This document shows, in pieces, positions 50,341 to 64,000 of a stretch of 64,000 bases of DNA. Position 1 is the first letter of the stretch, and each line of letters opens with the position of its first letter. The DNA is taken from assembly GCA_024137785.1 (NCBI GenBank), contig JAHRHZ010000283.1, forward strand, positions 42,709,020-42,773,019, in the 5' to 3' direction. The notes beneath the pieces were generated by a model. The model made no database searches, was not told where the DNA came from, and worked only from the letters and a program-made list of their open reading frames with translations. Origin of the DNA: Ginglymostoma cirratum (Eukaryota). The position numbers were made by a program, and so were the translations under genes.

Positions 50341-52546
50341 CAGTACAGTATGGAGCTGGAGGAGCACAGCAGGTCAGGCAGCATCAGAAGAGCAGGATAG
50401 TCGACGTTTTGAACCTAAACCCAATCCGGATTACAAAATTACTTGTGGTCGGTTTTAAACGGAATCTACAATTATGGTTCATCATTTAGAACGATCAGAA
50501 TTAAATGTAGACTTTTGCTTCAGTTATGCTTAGATTGAGGTCTTTTTCTGCCATAATTACACAAATATTTGTTTCAAACTTGAATTCAAGTTCTTACGAC
50601 TTGCACTAAATAGCTTTAACATAAAAAGAGCTGTACTACATCAAATGAGCACACTATATCTCAACATAGAAAATGTGCATTATTGTGATGTTAAGTTTGC
50701 ATTCTGTTTGAGGGATTAATTTATAAGCTTATCCTAAATCGAAAACCATTAATAATTGAATGGTATAACTTTTCTATAAAAATATTAATTACCTGTTTCA
50801 CAGTTAGACCTTTTTTTTAGGAAAGACAAACCTATGTTTCCAAAATTTTATACTGGTATTCAAAAGTAATAACTCAAAGCTTTATTGAACCCATCTTGGC
50901 TCCAGAGTTGAAACATGTTAGTTGTTCAGTTATGGAATGTGAAATGGGGTCAAGTAAAGACTCATTATGGCAAATTAAATTGTTGCCATTTTCCAGCTGG
51001 CACATATCATAAGCACTACCCCCATTAGGATAGAACTAGTGGTCTTTCTTGGTCATGATTATTTTTAAAACATGCATAACTCTGGCAAATCATAACACAC
51101 TGTAACCTCTCTGGTCTGGAAAAAAATATTCAGAAACACACGTTGGCCGGAAATCTTCTCAACAGGACTCGAGCAGCTCAGAATCATTTTAGTGCAGGAC
51201 TATTAGGAAACATGAAAGGTATATCCTTGGATAAATGAAAAAAATTACAACTGATTTATAACGCTTTATCCTTTGTTTTATTTTCATGGTAAATATTTAT
51301 ATTTTATGGTGTTTTCTGGTTCATACACTAAGGGTTAGGCATCCAAACATCATTCTTAAAAATGAGAAAATTCCAATATCCAAAAATGACTTGGTTTCCA
51401 GCATTCTGGGTTGGAGAGATAGCAGTATATTTAATACCAGTGGTAAGTAAATGAAATTGAGAAAAAAAAAATCATGCTTTTATTTTTGGTAGGGAAAGCT
51501 AATGTTCTTACATAGACTACTGTGCTCTTTGCTGTTCATTATCAATTTTAATCAAACATTTGTTTTAATCATTACTGCTTTGCTTGCCGCAGTGTTTTTC
51601 ATTGTAATGTGATACCTTTTACGCATTGCGAAACAGCACCATTTTTCTCCTTCTGAAAGGACCTATGTGGTTCCAAAAGTTTGGAAAAATGATCAGTCAT
51701 CCAATAGTTCACTGAATAAGTGGTATCACATGTGATAGAGAACAACTTATCCAGATCAAATAACTAGTATTTAGTTTGTTCAGAATCAGTTCATACTCGG
51801 ATCTTACATTTATGTCTTTCAGCAAGTAGAAAACCAGGAAATCCCATTTAAAAAAAATGGTATTTGCAATGGGACATGAGAAGGGAAATAATTGGATTCT
51901 TTGTGCAGGAGAAGTTATTGTTTACTATCAAAAGTTAAGCATTTGAGGTTAAAACGTCAACCGTGTAAATGCTTCAAATTACTGTTTCATTTCATTGTTT
52001 TGATCTAATAAAAGGGACATTAACATATCTGGTCCCTTCCTTTTATTATGTAAATGTCATATTGCACCAAGGAATTGTACAAGAGTAGGGAAACATTAAA
52101 TTAGAACAAATTTAAAGGCTTTGAAGCTGAAAACATGAAGCATTTGGAATAAAATTAATTACTTAGTAGTACAACTAGAGACGAAAGGATGTGATTTGGC
52201 GGTGATTACTGAGACATAGTTGCAGGGAGACCAGGTTTCAAAATTGAATATCCAAGGATACTCTGTTTTGGAAGGATAGGCAAGAAGGAAAAGGAGGTGT
52301 TGTAGCTTTGGTAAAGGAAGAGATTAGTGCTGTAGTGAGAAATGATTTAGGCACTGGAGATCAAGACATAATTTCTAATTAAACTGATTAAGAAACAGCA
52401 AGGGAACGAATTCCCTAGTGGAAGGAACCTACAAGTCCCCAAACAGTGGCAGTAGGATACAGTAATAAGATCACATGGGTTACATGTAATTTATTAGCTT
52501 AGATAGAGGTTTAGGTTACCAACAAAAAGCAGACAGTTGGGATGAA

Positions 52547-52842
52547 AAGAGGAGCAGGAAAGCTGACGTTTCGGGTCGGGACCCTTCTTCAGAAATGGGG
52601 GAGGGGGAAGGGAGCTCTGAAATAAATAGAGAGGAGGGGTGGGGCTGGGGAAAGTAGGTGGAATGGTGATAAATGAGTGCAGGTGGGCAGTGGTGAGGAT
52701 TGGTTAGTGAGGTCTGAGGAGCGGATAGGTGGGGGAGAAGATGGACAGGTCAAGGAGGTGGGGATGACCGGAAGGGTTGGTCATGGGATGAGGCCAGAGG
52801 TGGGGAGACTCCAGCATCGGCAGTTCTTGCTGTCTCTAAGTG
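52547..52842 (-). mobile_element. Penelope-derived insert with 12-bp TSD
   Basis: AGTTGGGATGAA at 52535-52546 and 52843-52854; both ends match the 48922-49132 family. Confidence 0.75.
52562..52595 (-). ncRNA. Minimal hammerhead ribozyme motif (intact core, weak stem I)
   Basis: Minus strand CTGAAGA-AGGGT-CCCG-ACCC-GAAACGTC with a GUC cleavage triplet. Confidence 0.6.
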
Positions 52843-54153
52843 AGTTGGGATGAAGAGGTCTTTTTCTGTTTGGCAAGATGTAACTAATAGTGTCGCACAG
52901 ATTTCAGTCCTTGGGCACCAAGTATTTACAATCTATGTTAATGACTTGGATTCAGGGATACTATCATCAAATTTGCAGATGTCACTAAAATCGTTGGGAC
53001 AATAAGTTGCACTGAAGAAATAAGAAATGTATAATTGGATATGGATAGGTTAGGTAAATTGGCCAAAATTTTGCAGATTGAGTGAGTTTAAATTTGATAA
53101 CGAGGTTATCCATTTTGATCAGAAGAACAGAAAGGCAATTTATTATCTAAATAGTGAGAAACTTCAGACTGCCTCAGTGCAGAGGGATCTGGGTGTCCTC
53201 ATGCATGAATTATAGAGAGCTAGATGGGTAAAAAGGAAAGCAAATGGAATTTTGGTATTTATTGCTAAAGGGAGAGTATAAAATTAGGGAAGTGTTGCTG
53301 CAACTGTACAGGGCATTGGTGAGACTGTACCTGGAGTATTATATATAGTTTGGTCCGCTTACTTGAGGAGGGATGTAGTTTCATTGGAGGCAGTTCAGAG
53401 GAGGTTCACTAAATTGATTCCAGAGATGAACAGTTTGTCCTATGGAGAGAGATTGAGCAGTTTAGGCCTATGCTGTCTGCAATTTAGAAGAATGAAAGGA
53501 GATCCAACCATGGTATATAAGATGCTAAAGGAGTTTGACAAAGTGTATAAAGAGAGAATGTTTCCTCCTATGGGAGGAAACAATCTAGAATGAGAGGTTG
53601 TAGTTTTAGGATAAAGGGTGACAGATTTAAAACATCAAAGGGTTGTGAATCTATGGAATTCATTTCCTCAGAGTGCAATGGATTGCTGGGGCATTGAGTA
53701 AACTTGAGGAGATGGACAGATTTTCAGTTAGCAATAGGTTGAAGAGTTATGGGGATTAGGCAGGAGTTGAAACCCAGATGAGATCAGCCTTGACTGTATT
53801 GGATGATGGAGCAGGCTGAAGGGGCTGAATTGCCTACTCCTAGTTCTTATGTTCATGTATATGTTGAACTGGTCTCCAATGAAGCTTCCTGTTCAAGATG
53901 TAAAATGTCCTGAACTGTGCAAAAGAGCATGGGAATTGGCAACTGAGTTGCTTTTAGTGCAAACAGATTGTCATTGAAAGTATTCATTCAGCAAATAATC
54001 TGTAGTACATGTTGGTGTTGGAAATCCGATCTTAAAATTACAGTTTCTCGAATTTGTTTGATTTGAGGTACTAAAAATATCCCTACTGATGTACATTTTT
54101 ATATTTGTAAATTTGTTGAGCTAAATTGAATCTCTTTGGCTTGTTCATACTGA

Positions 54154-54534
<381 letters not shown>

Positions 54535-54657
54535 TAAGTAACATTGAGTGTAGCCTGCACAATACACATGATTTGCATAGAAAAGGAAGGTAGCATTCTA
54601 AGCTTGATTACTCTGATTTTGTGATCTATGGCACTGATTTATTCTTGGCAATGAAAA

Positions 54658-54995
54658 ATAGAATCAGTGACTATCTACAGTGCAGGAAGCAGGCCATTCG
54701 CCCCATCACGTCCACATAAACCCTCCGAAGAATGTCCCACCCCCTCACTGTAACCCTGCATTTCCCCATGGCTAACCCACCTAGCCTGCACATCTCTGGA
54801 CACTAAGGGCAATTTAGCATGGCCAATTAACCCAACCCCCACATCTTTGGACTATGGGAGGAAACCGGTGGACCCAGAGGAAACCCACGCAGACGTGGGG
54901 AGAATGGGTGGAGTTTGCACTGACAGTTGCCTGAGGCTGAAATTGAACCAGGGTCCCTGGAGCTGTGAGGCAGCAGTGTTAACCACGGACCCACT
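54658..54995 (-). mobile_element. HE1-like V-SINE
   Basis: Reverse complement of the 26284 and 44842 copies. Confidence 0.85.
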
Positions 54996-55876
54996 ATACT
55001 GCTAGACTAGTTGGGCTTTAATTGCTTGTTGTCAGAATTATGCTACAAAAAAATGGGTTAATAATACATGGCTCTGCAAGATCTAAAGTTAAAATCATTT
55101 GATGCAAATCAAGTCAGAAAAGATGGCTGTATTGTTAGTTACAATAATTTTGTTGGCATATCTTTATAAAACCCCAAACCTGCACATTTCAATGGATAAC
55201 GTTTTGGTATATAAGAAAATAGGCAAACACAATTTAATTTATGCCACAAAATTCCACAAACAGCAAATGTAAATTGGTTCTTTAGTTTGTATTTCAAGTA
55301 CTAAATGCACTGAACAAATAAATATTTGGTAGAAAAAAATCCAGTTGTTTTTCAAGAGTTTTTAGGAATAGCATGACTTCTCTACATGTTTGAATATTTC
55401 ATATGTGATTTAAATCACATCTAGGATATAGTATTTCAGTTGAGAACCCATTACTGACTTGAGTCAGCATACGTGACGAGCATCAATTCTGCAGGACGTA
55501 TTGGTTTTCTACATCCGTCTAGTCTTGACTTACCGTTGTGAACTATGTTCTTATTGTCAATATTTAATTGAATCCTTGATTAATAATGCATATTATTGCA
55601 TGAATCTTTGCAAACAATGGAGGCTACAGAATAATTCCCATTTTAAGCATTTATCCCTCCGGTACCAAGTGTTTTTGTTAGATTTGTGTGTATTTCCATT
55701 CTTGATACATTTTTAAAAACTGGACAAATCAGGTCTCTCATATTCTTATGCATATTAAGGTGGATCCAAGTGTCTTTAATATTTTTTTGTCTGAGTGTGA
55801 TTTTGCTTTTTATTTTATTCACTACTAAATCTATGTGCCAAGTTTATAATCACTACTGTAGATAGAAGGGGAATGA

Positions 55877-56032
<156 letters not shown>

Positions 56033-56820
56033 TAGTGCACCAATGTACTATTTTTACAATGCTGATTAATTTTGAGAATGTTTAAAGCTTTAGTTAGATT
56101 TATGTACTACAATTAAACAGATGTTGCATGTCTAATCCTCATTTAGACTAAAGCCTGGTTTAAAACAAAATCACCCCTCAATATACTGAATTCTTAAATT
56201 ACTTTTGATATTTTACATTCAATTGGTCATTTATCGTCAGCGTTACTATGGGGTGGAACGTGTTGGAATGCTTGAAGCAGCTGCCTGCCATAAAGATGGT
56301 GCTGTCCATATAATCATACAGCTGCAAAAAACATTTACTTTCAATTGATTGGTAGTCCATTAAATTGGAAACTCTCAATCCATTTACTGTACACGCTATA
56401 AAGTGGAATAAGGGAAAGTGAAGAAAACAGTTATCATTAACTATATTTGTCCCCATTAATACATTTGTGCTCAGTAACAAAGCAGCCCATTATGGGCACG
56501 CTCATGGTCTCAATTTTGAGAATCTCCCCATTTGTCATGCAGACGGTGAAGTTTTTAACTGAGGAATATTTGTATTTTTCCTGAGGTATGTGTCTTTGCT
56601 GCCTGCCTGTTCTGTACACACAGCGATATTGATGTCATCGTCTGTACTTGCACAGAGACATTCTGGCAACGTAGGTCTGACTGGTGTCAATTGGGGCATT
56701 GATGCCTGCCAATCCAGTATCCACATCTAGCGTTGTGAATAGATATTCTGTAAAATCAAACAAACTAAACAGGCCATTAATTGGTTTCAATCTTTGACTA
56801 AACAATCTAAAATATATGGA

Positions 56821-56915
56821 TAACACAGTGTGGAGCTGGAGGAACACAGCAGGCCAGGCAGCATCAGAGGAGCAGGAAAGCTGATGTTTCGGATTGGGAC
56901 CCTTCTTCAGAAAAG
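56821..56915 (-). mobile_element. Solo Penelope-derived terminus with decayed hammerhead
   Basis: Same family as 48922-49132; TATATGGA at 56813-56820 and 56916-56923. Confidence 0.7.
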
Positions 56916-56984
56916 TATATGGAATCTTTTAGAGAAATCTTTTTGTGTAATAATACCAGATATTAAATTTTACCAGCTTGCAGT

Positions 56985-57640
56985 CAAGTAGGTGATACAT
57001 TTTGGAAGGTCAAGTACAGATGGAAATTATACGGTGAATGGCAGAATCGTTAGGAGTACTGATGTGCAGAGGGATCTGGTGTTGCGGTCCACAGATCACT
57101 GAATGTAGCACAGGTAAATAAGGTAGTAAAAAAGGCCTATGGCATGCTTGCCTTCATTGGAAGGGGCATTGAGTATAAGGACAGGCAAGTTATGCTGCAG
57201 CTTTATTGAACTTTAGTTAGGCCACACTTAGGATATTGCATACATTTTTGGTCACCACACTACCAGAAGGATGTGGATGCTTTGGAGAGGGTACAGAAAA
57301 GGTTTACTAGGATGTTGCCTGGTATGGGGATTTTAGCTATGAAGAAAGATTGGATAGACTGGGTTTGTTTTCACTGGAATGCAGGAGGTTGAGGAGGGGT
57401 TTAAAAGAGATGTGCAAGTCAAGTTTTTCACTCAAACGGTGGTGAGTGTCTGGAATGCACTGCCAGAAGAGGTGGTGGAAGCAGACGCAATAGCAGCATT
57501 CAAGAAGCACCTGGACGAATACATGAATAGGAAGAGAATAGAGGAATACGGAACCTGTAAGTGAAGACAGGTAAGGAAGGGCAAAATGTGTTGACACAGG
57601 CCTGGAGGGCCGAAGGGCCTGTTCCTGAACTGTATTGTTC
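56985..57640 (+). mobile_element. CR1 LINE 3' fragment
   Basis: FFTQTVVSVWNALPEEVVEADAIAAFKKHLD and tail GGGCCGAAGGGCCTGTTCC. Confidence 0.85.
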
Positions 57641-58001
57641 GTTGTTTTTTTTTTTTTTTGCAGCTGGCTGAAATTCTAGCTCCTTTTGCATCATTTGGAT
57701 TGATTTTGAACCTTCCAGATTAATCAAATGATAAAACACAGCAAGTAGTAAAAAATAGACAGTAATATATTAAAAAAAAAATTTCTGAGAGGCTGTTGGG
57801 ATATAATTAAAAATGGGTTGAAACTGCATTGTTATTGGAATTCTCCCATTAAAAGTATTCAGTATGGTTTCTCCAGATGTCTCTTATCTTATCAAGAATT
57901 ACAGTTTGTACGATAAATAAGATCTACAAGATCTGCAATTTCTGGGCTAGCATATATTTGCTATTCGTGCAACTGTTTAGCATTTTTGAACTAATCATTA
58001 A

Positions 58002-58127
<126 letters not shown>

Positions 58128-58298
58128 TGACTATCCTATATTTTCAACAAATATCTAATGGTTAGTTTTACCACTTATATACCTATAATAAGATTTATGG
58201 CAATTGTTTAGCCATTCTTGAGTGGCATTACTAAAAGAAGATAACCTTTCAGTGACTGAGTGGATTATATGCTTAAACTGAAGATAACAATTATGTTG

Positions 58299-58512
58299 GA
58301 AAAGCTCAGCAGGTCTGGCAGCATCTCTGAAGAAAATAATCAGTTAAAGTTTGGATCCGATGACCCTTCCTCTGAACTTAATGACAGTTGAAGGTCACCG
58401 GACCCAAAATGTTAACTGATTTTCCTTTGCAGATGCTGCCAGACCTGCTGAGCTTTTCCAGCAACTTCTGTTTTTGTTCTTGATTTACAGCATCCTCAGT
58501 TCTTTCGTTTTT
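58299..58512. mobile_element. Hairpin Penelope-derived element with 15-bp TSD
   Basis: GAAAAGCTCAGCAGGTCTGGCAGCATCT pairs with AGATGCTGCCAGACCTGCTGAGCTTTTC; ATAACAATT(A/G)TGTTG at 58284-58298 and 58513-58527. Confidence 0.8.
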
Positions 58513-58649
58513 ATAACAATTGTGTTGCTATATATCACAACAATTTAGGAGTTCATTATAATACCAACTTAAACTTGCAATTAACACCAACATCATCTGA
58601 ATGAAATGAAATTCTCGACTCTGTTCTAATTTTCCTATTATTTTAAATC

Positions 58650-59058
58650 TTACAAGGAGAGACTGGATAGGCTGGGAGTTTTTCACTGAGCATAGGAGGC
58701 TGAGAGCTGACTTTATAGAGGTTTATAAAATCATTAGGGGCATAGATAAGGTGAATAACTAAGGTCTTTTCCGTAGGGTAGGGGAGTTCCATACTAGAGG
58801 TCATAGGAGAAAGATTTAAAAGGGACTTGAAAGGCAGATTTTTCAAACAGTGGGTGGTTTGCATGTAGAATGAACTGCCAGAGGATACAGGTACAGTTAC
58901 AACATTTAAAAAACGTTTGGATAAGTATATGAATAGGAAAGATTTAGAGGGATATGGGCAAAACACAGGCAAATGGCACTAATTTAGTTTGGGGAAACCT
59001 GGTCGGCATGGACAAGTTGGACTGAAGAGTCTGTTTCCATGCTGTATGACTCTATGAT
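58650..59058 (+). mobile_element. CR1 (HER1-like) LINE 3' fragment
   Basis: GACTTTATAGAGGTTTATAAAATC block and tail TCTGTTTCCATGCTGTATGACTCTATGA, resembling the HE1 SINE tail. Confidence 0.8.
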
Positions 59059-59412
59059 ATTTTAAAAACTGCTGCATCTTTGGTTCAGATTTTTAAAAAA
59101 AGAGTCTCAATATTGAGAAACACGAGATTAAAACTACTTTGAAATATAAATTTCTCAATTGGGCAGTTGCAGAGTTAATAATAGATAGTAATACTGGGCT
59201 TTTTTAAGTAGCACTCAAATGCCTTTGACCAGTTTCATTCATTGAATATATATGTATCAACCGTTATATAGCATTTCTGAAGTAGTGGTCTTTATTTTGA
59301 TGAATGCATTTAAATATAGATTGGATATGGAAGTGGAATGCACTAATCTAGGCTGGTGTTTCAGTGCAATTCTAAGCTGTCACAATACTTTTTGGAAGTG
59401 CTATCCTTTAAC

Positions 59413-59782
59413 GGGTTGGTTAGCTCTGTTGGCCAGTCTGTGATGCAGTGTGATTGCTAATCATAGAATCCCTTCACCGCATAAACAGGCCATTTGGCCC
59501 ATCGAGTCTGCAGTCGAAAGAACATTCCACACAGCCACTGCCTCCATTTCCTTAACCCTGTATGGGGTCTATAGCATGGGGCTAATCACCTAACTTGCAC
59601 ATCTTTGGATTTGGTGCCAATGGCATGGGTTTTATTCCAACACCGGCTGAGGTTACCCTGAAGGACTCTCTTTCTAGAGCTTTCCCTTAGCCCTCAGGTT
59701 TAACCACCACTAGTCGTCTCTCTCTCTAATGAGAGAGCAGCCCTTTGGTCTGGTAGGACTATGATGGCTTTACCTTTACCTT
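59413..59782 (+). mobile_element. SINE with TTTACC tail, interrupted by an antisense HE1 fragment (about 59460-59612)
   Basis: 3' part (ACCACCAC.AGT...TAATGAGAGA.CA.CCCT..GGTCTGGTAGGACTATG.TGGCTTTAC) recurs at about 54230-54308. Confidence 0.55.
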
Positions 59783-59979
59783 GTCATCCTATAAAACCTT
59801 AGATTGAGGTCTTCCAAATGTTAAGGCAAACATAAAGGGTCCAATTCTACAAGTGGATGAGTTTTAAATGGGTTAAAATCAGGCTCAAAAGATCTCCTCA
59901 AGGAGTTGAGAGTTGTTTAAATGACTTGGTTAATATTTTTTTCCTCATTTGACATCCCCTAACCATATTAACTGGTCAC

Positions 59980-60282
59980 AACCAAAAGCAGAAATTGCTG
60001 GAAAAGCTCAGCGGGTCTGGCAGCATCTATGGAGAGAAATCAGTTAATGTTTTGAATCGAGTGACCCTCCTTCAGACCATCTCTCCACTGATGCTTTGAT
60101 TTGATTTATTGTCACGTGTACCCAAGTACAGTGAAAAGCTTTCTTTGTGAGCAGTACAGGCAGATCATAGTAAGCAAGGACATACAGATCAGAGGGTGTT
60201 TTGCTGCCAGACCTGTTGAGTTTTTCCAGCAATTTCTGAATTTGTTTCTGATTTACAGCATCCACAGTTCTTTCAGTTTTTA
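59980..60282. mobile_element. Hairpin Penelope-derived element with nested LINE-tail insertion
   Basis: CAGAAATTGCTGGAAAAGCTCAGCGGGTCTGGCAGCA pairs with TGCTGCCAGACCTGTTGAGTTTTTCCAGCAATTTCTG; unrelated (TTTGA)n-led insert at about 60095-60195. Confidence 0.7.
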
Positions 60283-60464
60283 CATACTAACTGGACATTC
60301 AGTGCTTTGCTTTATTGTGCCACTTTATTGTTCAAAACATAACTGCGTTATACTAAATTAACTACAATTTAAAAGTAATCGTATTGATGCATTTTGGGAT
60401 GGCTGAGCAATGTGATAAGGTACCGAAGGATCATTGGTTTAGTTAAAGTACTGTGTCCTCCCAT

Positions 60465-60640
60465 TAAACAAAATCAGAAACTGTTGGAAAAACTCAGCAG
60501 ATCTGGCCACATCTGTGGAGAGAAAGTGGAGTTAACGTTTTGGGTCCAGTGACCCTTTTTCAGAACAAAGTTGAGTTTTTCCAGCAATTTCTGATCTTGT
60601 TTCTGATTTCCAGCATTCGTGGGGTTTTTTTGTCTTTCTA
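60465..60640. mobile_element. Hairpin Penelope-derived element just upstream of CDKL1 exon 5
   Basis: ATCAGAAACTGTTGGAAAAACTCA pairs with TGAGTTTTTCCAGCAATTTCTGAT; decayed minus-strand hammerhead at about 60529-60566. Confidence 0.7.
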
Positions 60641-60685
60641 TTTAAAGTGAGGTTTGGTTGCATGAGGTCATTTAGCATTTTCTAG

Positions 60686-60988
<303 letters not shown>

Positions 60989-61055
60989 TAGTAAGTTTAC
61001 AAAAAACTCAATTTCTTGCATTTTAGCAGTATAGGATTCTTTCTAAGTGTTTAGA

Positions 61056-61482
61056 TGTCAGCAATGACTCTGCTGGTAGCGTTCTCATCTCTAAGTCAGA
61101 AGGTTGTGGATAATGTTCCAGAGACTTGATGTGAGAACCAAGACCTGACACTCCAATGCAGTATTAAAGGAGTACCACACTGTTGGAGGTGCTTTCTTTC
61201 AGATGAAACCAATGGCTTAATTCGTCCCTCGAGTGGATCCCAAGACTCTATTTTGAAGAAAAGCAAACAAGCTCTCCAAGAAATATTTCTACCTCAATCA
61301 ACATTACTAAAAATAAAAATGTAACTGGTATCATATTTTTGTTTGTGGGAGCTTGCTGTTTACAAATTTGCTGCGATATTTACTGCAATACAACCATGAC
61401 CACATCTGAAAAACGTCTAATTGGCTGTAAAGTACTTTGGGACATCCTGACGTCATGAAAGATGCAATTTAAATATAAGGCT
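61056..61482 (+). mobile_element. Deu-domain SINE (SacSINE1/AmnSINE-like)
   Basis: tRNA-like head, then CACTGTTGGAGGTGCTTTCTTTCAGATGA...GATCCC...CTATTTTGAAGAA resembling the Deu core, and tail TGTAAAGTACTTTGGGACATCCTGA. Confidence 0.6.
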
Positions 61483-62059
61483 TTTCATTAAATAATTAGG
61501 TAAAGATTTAAATAACTTTATGAACAATGACATACAAACCTATTTAAATTTATCTAAACAACAATTTACATTTCCATAGCACAAAGGAAAATGATCCCAA
61601 GCACTTCATAGCAGTATAGAGAACAAAAATTGACAAGAGTCAAAGGAGGCACTAGGAGGAATACCTAATAGCTTTGACAGGCTGTTTTTATGGAGAGTTT
61701 TAAAAGAGTAGAGATCACAAGGTACAAGGAGTGAATTCTAAAGCATGGGTATAGTTAATTGAAGGCATGGACCATGAGGTTTTTTTAAGACCAGTACTGA
61801 AGAAACTGACAGTCTTTGAGGATTATTGGCCTGGAAAACGTTACAGACGTGATGAAGGGTAAGGCTATGGAAAAGGGGAACATGTGGCTGAACACTTTAA
61901 AATGAAGGTGTTGGGGCAGTGGGAGCTAAGATTTTATCGGTAAACACAGTGGTGCCAGATAAACACCATCTGGTGTGGAGTTAGATACAGACTCACAGGT
62001 GTTTTAATGAGATCAGGTGTATGGATTATGTAGATGGGAGGCAGGGCAGTAGCACCCTT

Positions 62060-62450
62060 ACAGCACTCTGGAGTAAAGGATTCCACAAATTGACTACCCT
62101 GGAGAAATTCGTCCTCAGCTTTGTCTTAAAATGGGCAATCCTTTATTCTTAAATTATGCATGGTCTTAGATTATCCCACAACCTCTCCATATTTGCCCTG
62201 TCAAGCCCCCTAAGAATCTTTTATGTTCCAATGAGGGTGTCATCTTGTTCTCCTAAACTCCAATGAATACAAGCCCAACTTATTCAACCATTTCTCAAAA
62301 GAAAATTCTTCTGTGCCTGGAATCAATATGGTGAACTTTCTCTGGATTGCCTCTAATGTCAATGTAGCTTTCTTTAGATAAGGCATCCAAAACTGCTCAT
62401 GTCACTATTCAGACCACACCTGAAATACCTTGTATATTTTAGCATAACCT
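62060..62450 (-). mobile_element. CR1 LINE fragment
   Basis: Reverse-complement CR1 blocks (GATTCCACAAATTGACTACCCT...GTGAACTTTCTCTGGATTGCCTC...CCAAAACTGCTCA). Confidence 0.65.
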
Positions 62451-63122
62451 CCCTAACCCTGACCATGCAACTTCTGTTTTAAAAATGTCAAGCATTAAAT
62501 GTCGCTAGACCAAAGTGAATAATATGTGCAGTTGCAAATACCCTTGAGACATGCAGCAATATTTTAGGAAATAAATCCTGTATTTGTAATATTTTTTAAA
62601 AAAAACTTTCTTCTTGTGCAACCTTTTCTTTCCTATCAGTTCTCGTCAGCTTGGGGATCATTTTAGGTGCCAGAAAATGACCTTATGATTTACTCAGCAA
62701 TTACCATCAGTGCCTTCTGCAAACTGCCACCATGACTGTTTAGCCACATCTTTCCCTTCTGATCATTTTTCGATCCATCTCGGTGGTCACTTCTTTCACC
62801 CATTCTCTGGAAACTCCTTCAGAGAGATTATTTGATATCTGCTCAATGACACTTGGGTTAGATTTCAAGAAAAGTAGGACACTAAAAAGCTGCATTTGAG
62901 AAAGTTCATATTATTGAGTTTTTATGGTCTTTCATTCGGTTCGATTTGTCACTATCAATGCTTTAAGTAACTTAGCTGAAGAAGATATTCTAGAAAAAAA
63001 ATTGTTGCCTGTAGTAATGTCCTTGGGTTATTAAGATTGTCGTGAAGGCTAAAAACCACCAGTGTCAGTTTTTTTTTTAAATACTGCACAAGAAGAACTG
63101 TGAGGAATAATTGTGGAATAGG

Positions 63123-63447
63123 CGGGGAGACAATGGCCTAGTGGTATTATCGCTGCACTGTTAATCCAGAGACCAGCCAACATTCTGGGGACCCAGTTTG
63201 AATTCTGCCAGAGCAGCTGATGGAATTTGAATGCAGTAAAGATCTAGAATTAAGAATCTAATGATGACCATGAATCCATTATCGATTGTCAGGAAAAACC
63301 CATCTGGTTCACCAATGTCCTTTAGGGAAGGAAACTGCCATCCTCACCCGGACCGGCCTACAGCAATGTGGTTGACTCTTAGCTGCCCTCTGGGCAGTTA
63401 GGGATAGGCAATAAATGCCCTCATCCAGTGAATGAATAAAAAAAAAA
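63123..63447 (+). mobile_element. tRNA-derived SINE with tail shared with the 34859-37508 LINE
   Basis: A box TGGCCTAGTGG, B-box-like GTTTGAATTC, tail GGGCAGTTAGGGATAGGCAATAAATGC...GAATGAATAAAAAAAAAA. Confidence 0.75.
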
Positions 63448-64000
63448 GCCAGATTATCAGATTGGAATATCTGTTTTGAAGGAGCAGACCTGATATTTTT
63501 CTTAACATAACAATTGGGTCAAAATTGTGATTTCAGTTCTTTTGACAAATTATGTTCATATAGTGATGTCTTTTAATAATTTGATTTCTAAAATGCAATA
63601 TAGTTATATCCTCAATTTTCTTATTGATGTCCACAATCTGCCCATTTCCTTCCATCTAGCATCTATCAAAATTCCATATTTCTGAATTTGCAAATGCAAG
63701 TGTCTGTTTAAACTTGATATTCTATATCTTCCACAGTGAGGGAAATTTATAATAGATAAATAGTAAGGACAGGATATAATATTTGTAAAATGGGAACTCA
63801 AATCTGTCACTTGAAAACTATAATTGCTTTTTATTCCTTGTGTTCGATGCTACAGTTGATTGACTATATTTACTGATGGGGCTGACTTGGCACTGCAAAT
63901 GTATGCAATCAGGAACATTAAACATGAATATATTATTCTGTTGCCAAAGTGAATTATTTTAACGCTACTTGGTATAATTGCTCTGCATTTTGAATGGCAT

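Larger units (their letters stand above)
52075..53855 (+). mobile_element. CR1 LINE (internally deleted) interrupted by a Penelope-derived insert
   Basis: APE-start blocks near 52200, IYVNDL...KFADVTK near 52930-52990, LEAVQRRFTKLIP (ORF 53363) and CR1 tail. Confidence 0.85.

Overview
Vertebrate genomic DNA, most likely a shark/elasmobranch (inferred from HE1-type V-SINEs, Deu-domain SINEs and abundant CR1 and Penelope-like elements). Two + strand genes lie in tandem: the 3' part of MAP4K5 (14 coding exons from the proline-rich linker through the CNH domain, stop at 31759-31761, then an AT-rich 3' UTR) and the 5' part of CDKL1 (CpG-island promoter and coding exons 1-5, ATG at 40058). All exon phases join into continuous reading frames. 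Introns are dense in decayed LINEs, SINEs and Penelope-like elements (PLEs). Best leads: (1) a 3-nt microexon (AAG, 8726-8728) that would add one Glu to the MAP4K5 CNH domain; (2) three PLE families and many short hairpin derivatives carrying minimal hammerhead-ribozyme cores, two intact and one on the MAP4K5 pre-mRNA strand; (3) a 160-bp inverted duplication near the last MAP4K5 exon; (4) a near-perfect 166-bp direct duplication upstream of CDKL1; (5) a candidate microsatellite-containing 5' UTR intron in CDKL1. Gene names rest on my recall of the vertebrate proteins, not a database search. Repeat boundaries are approximate.
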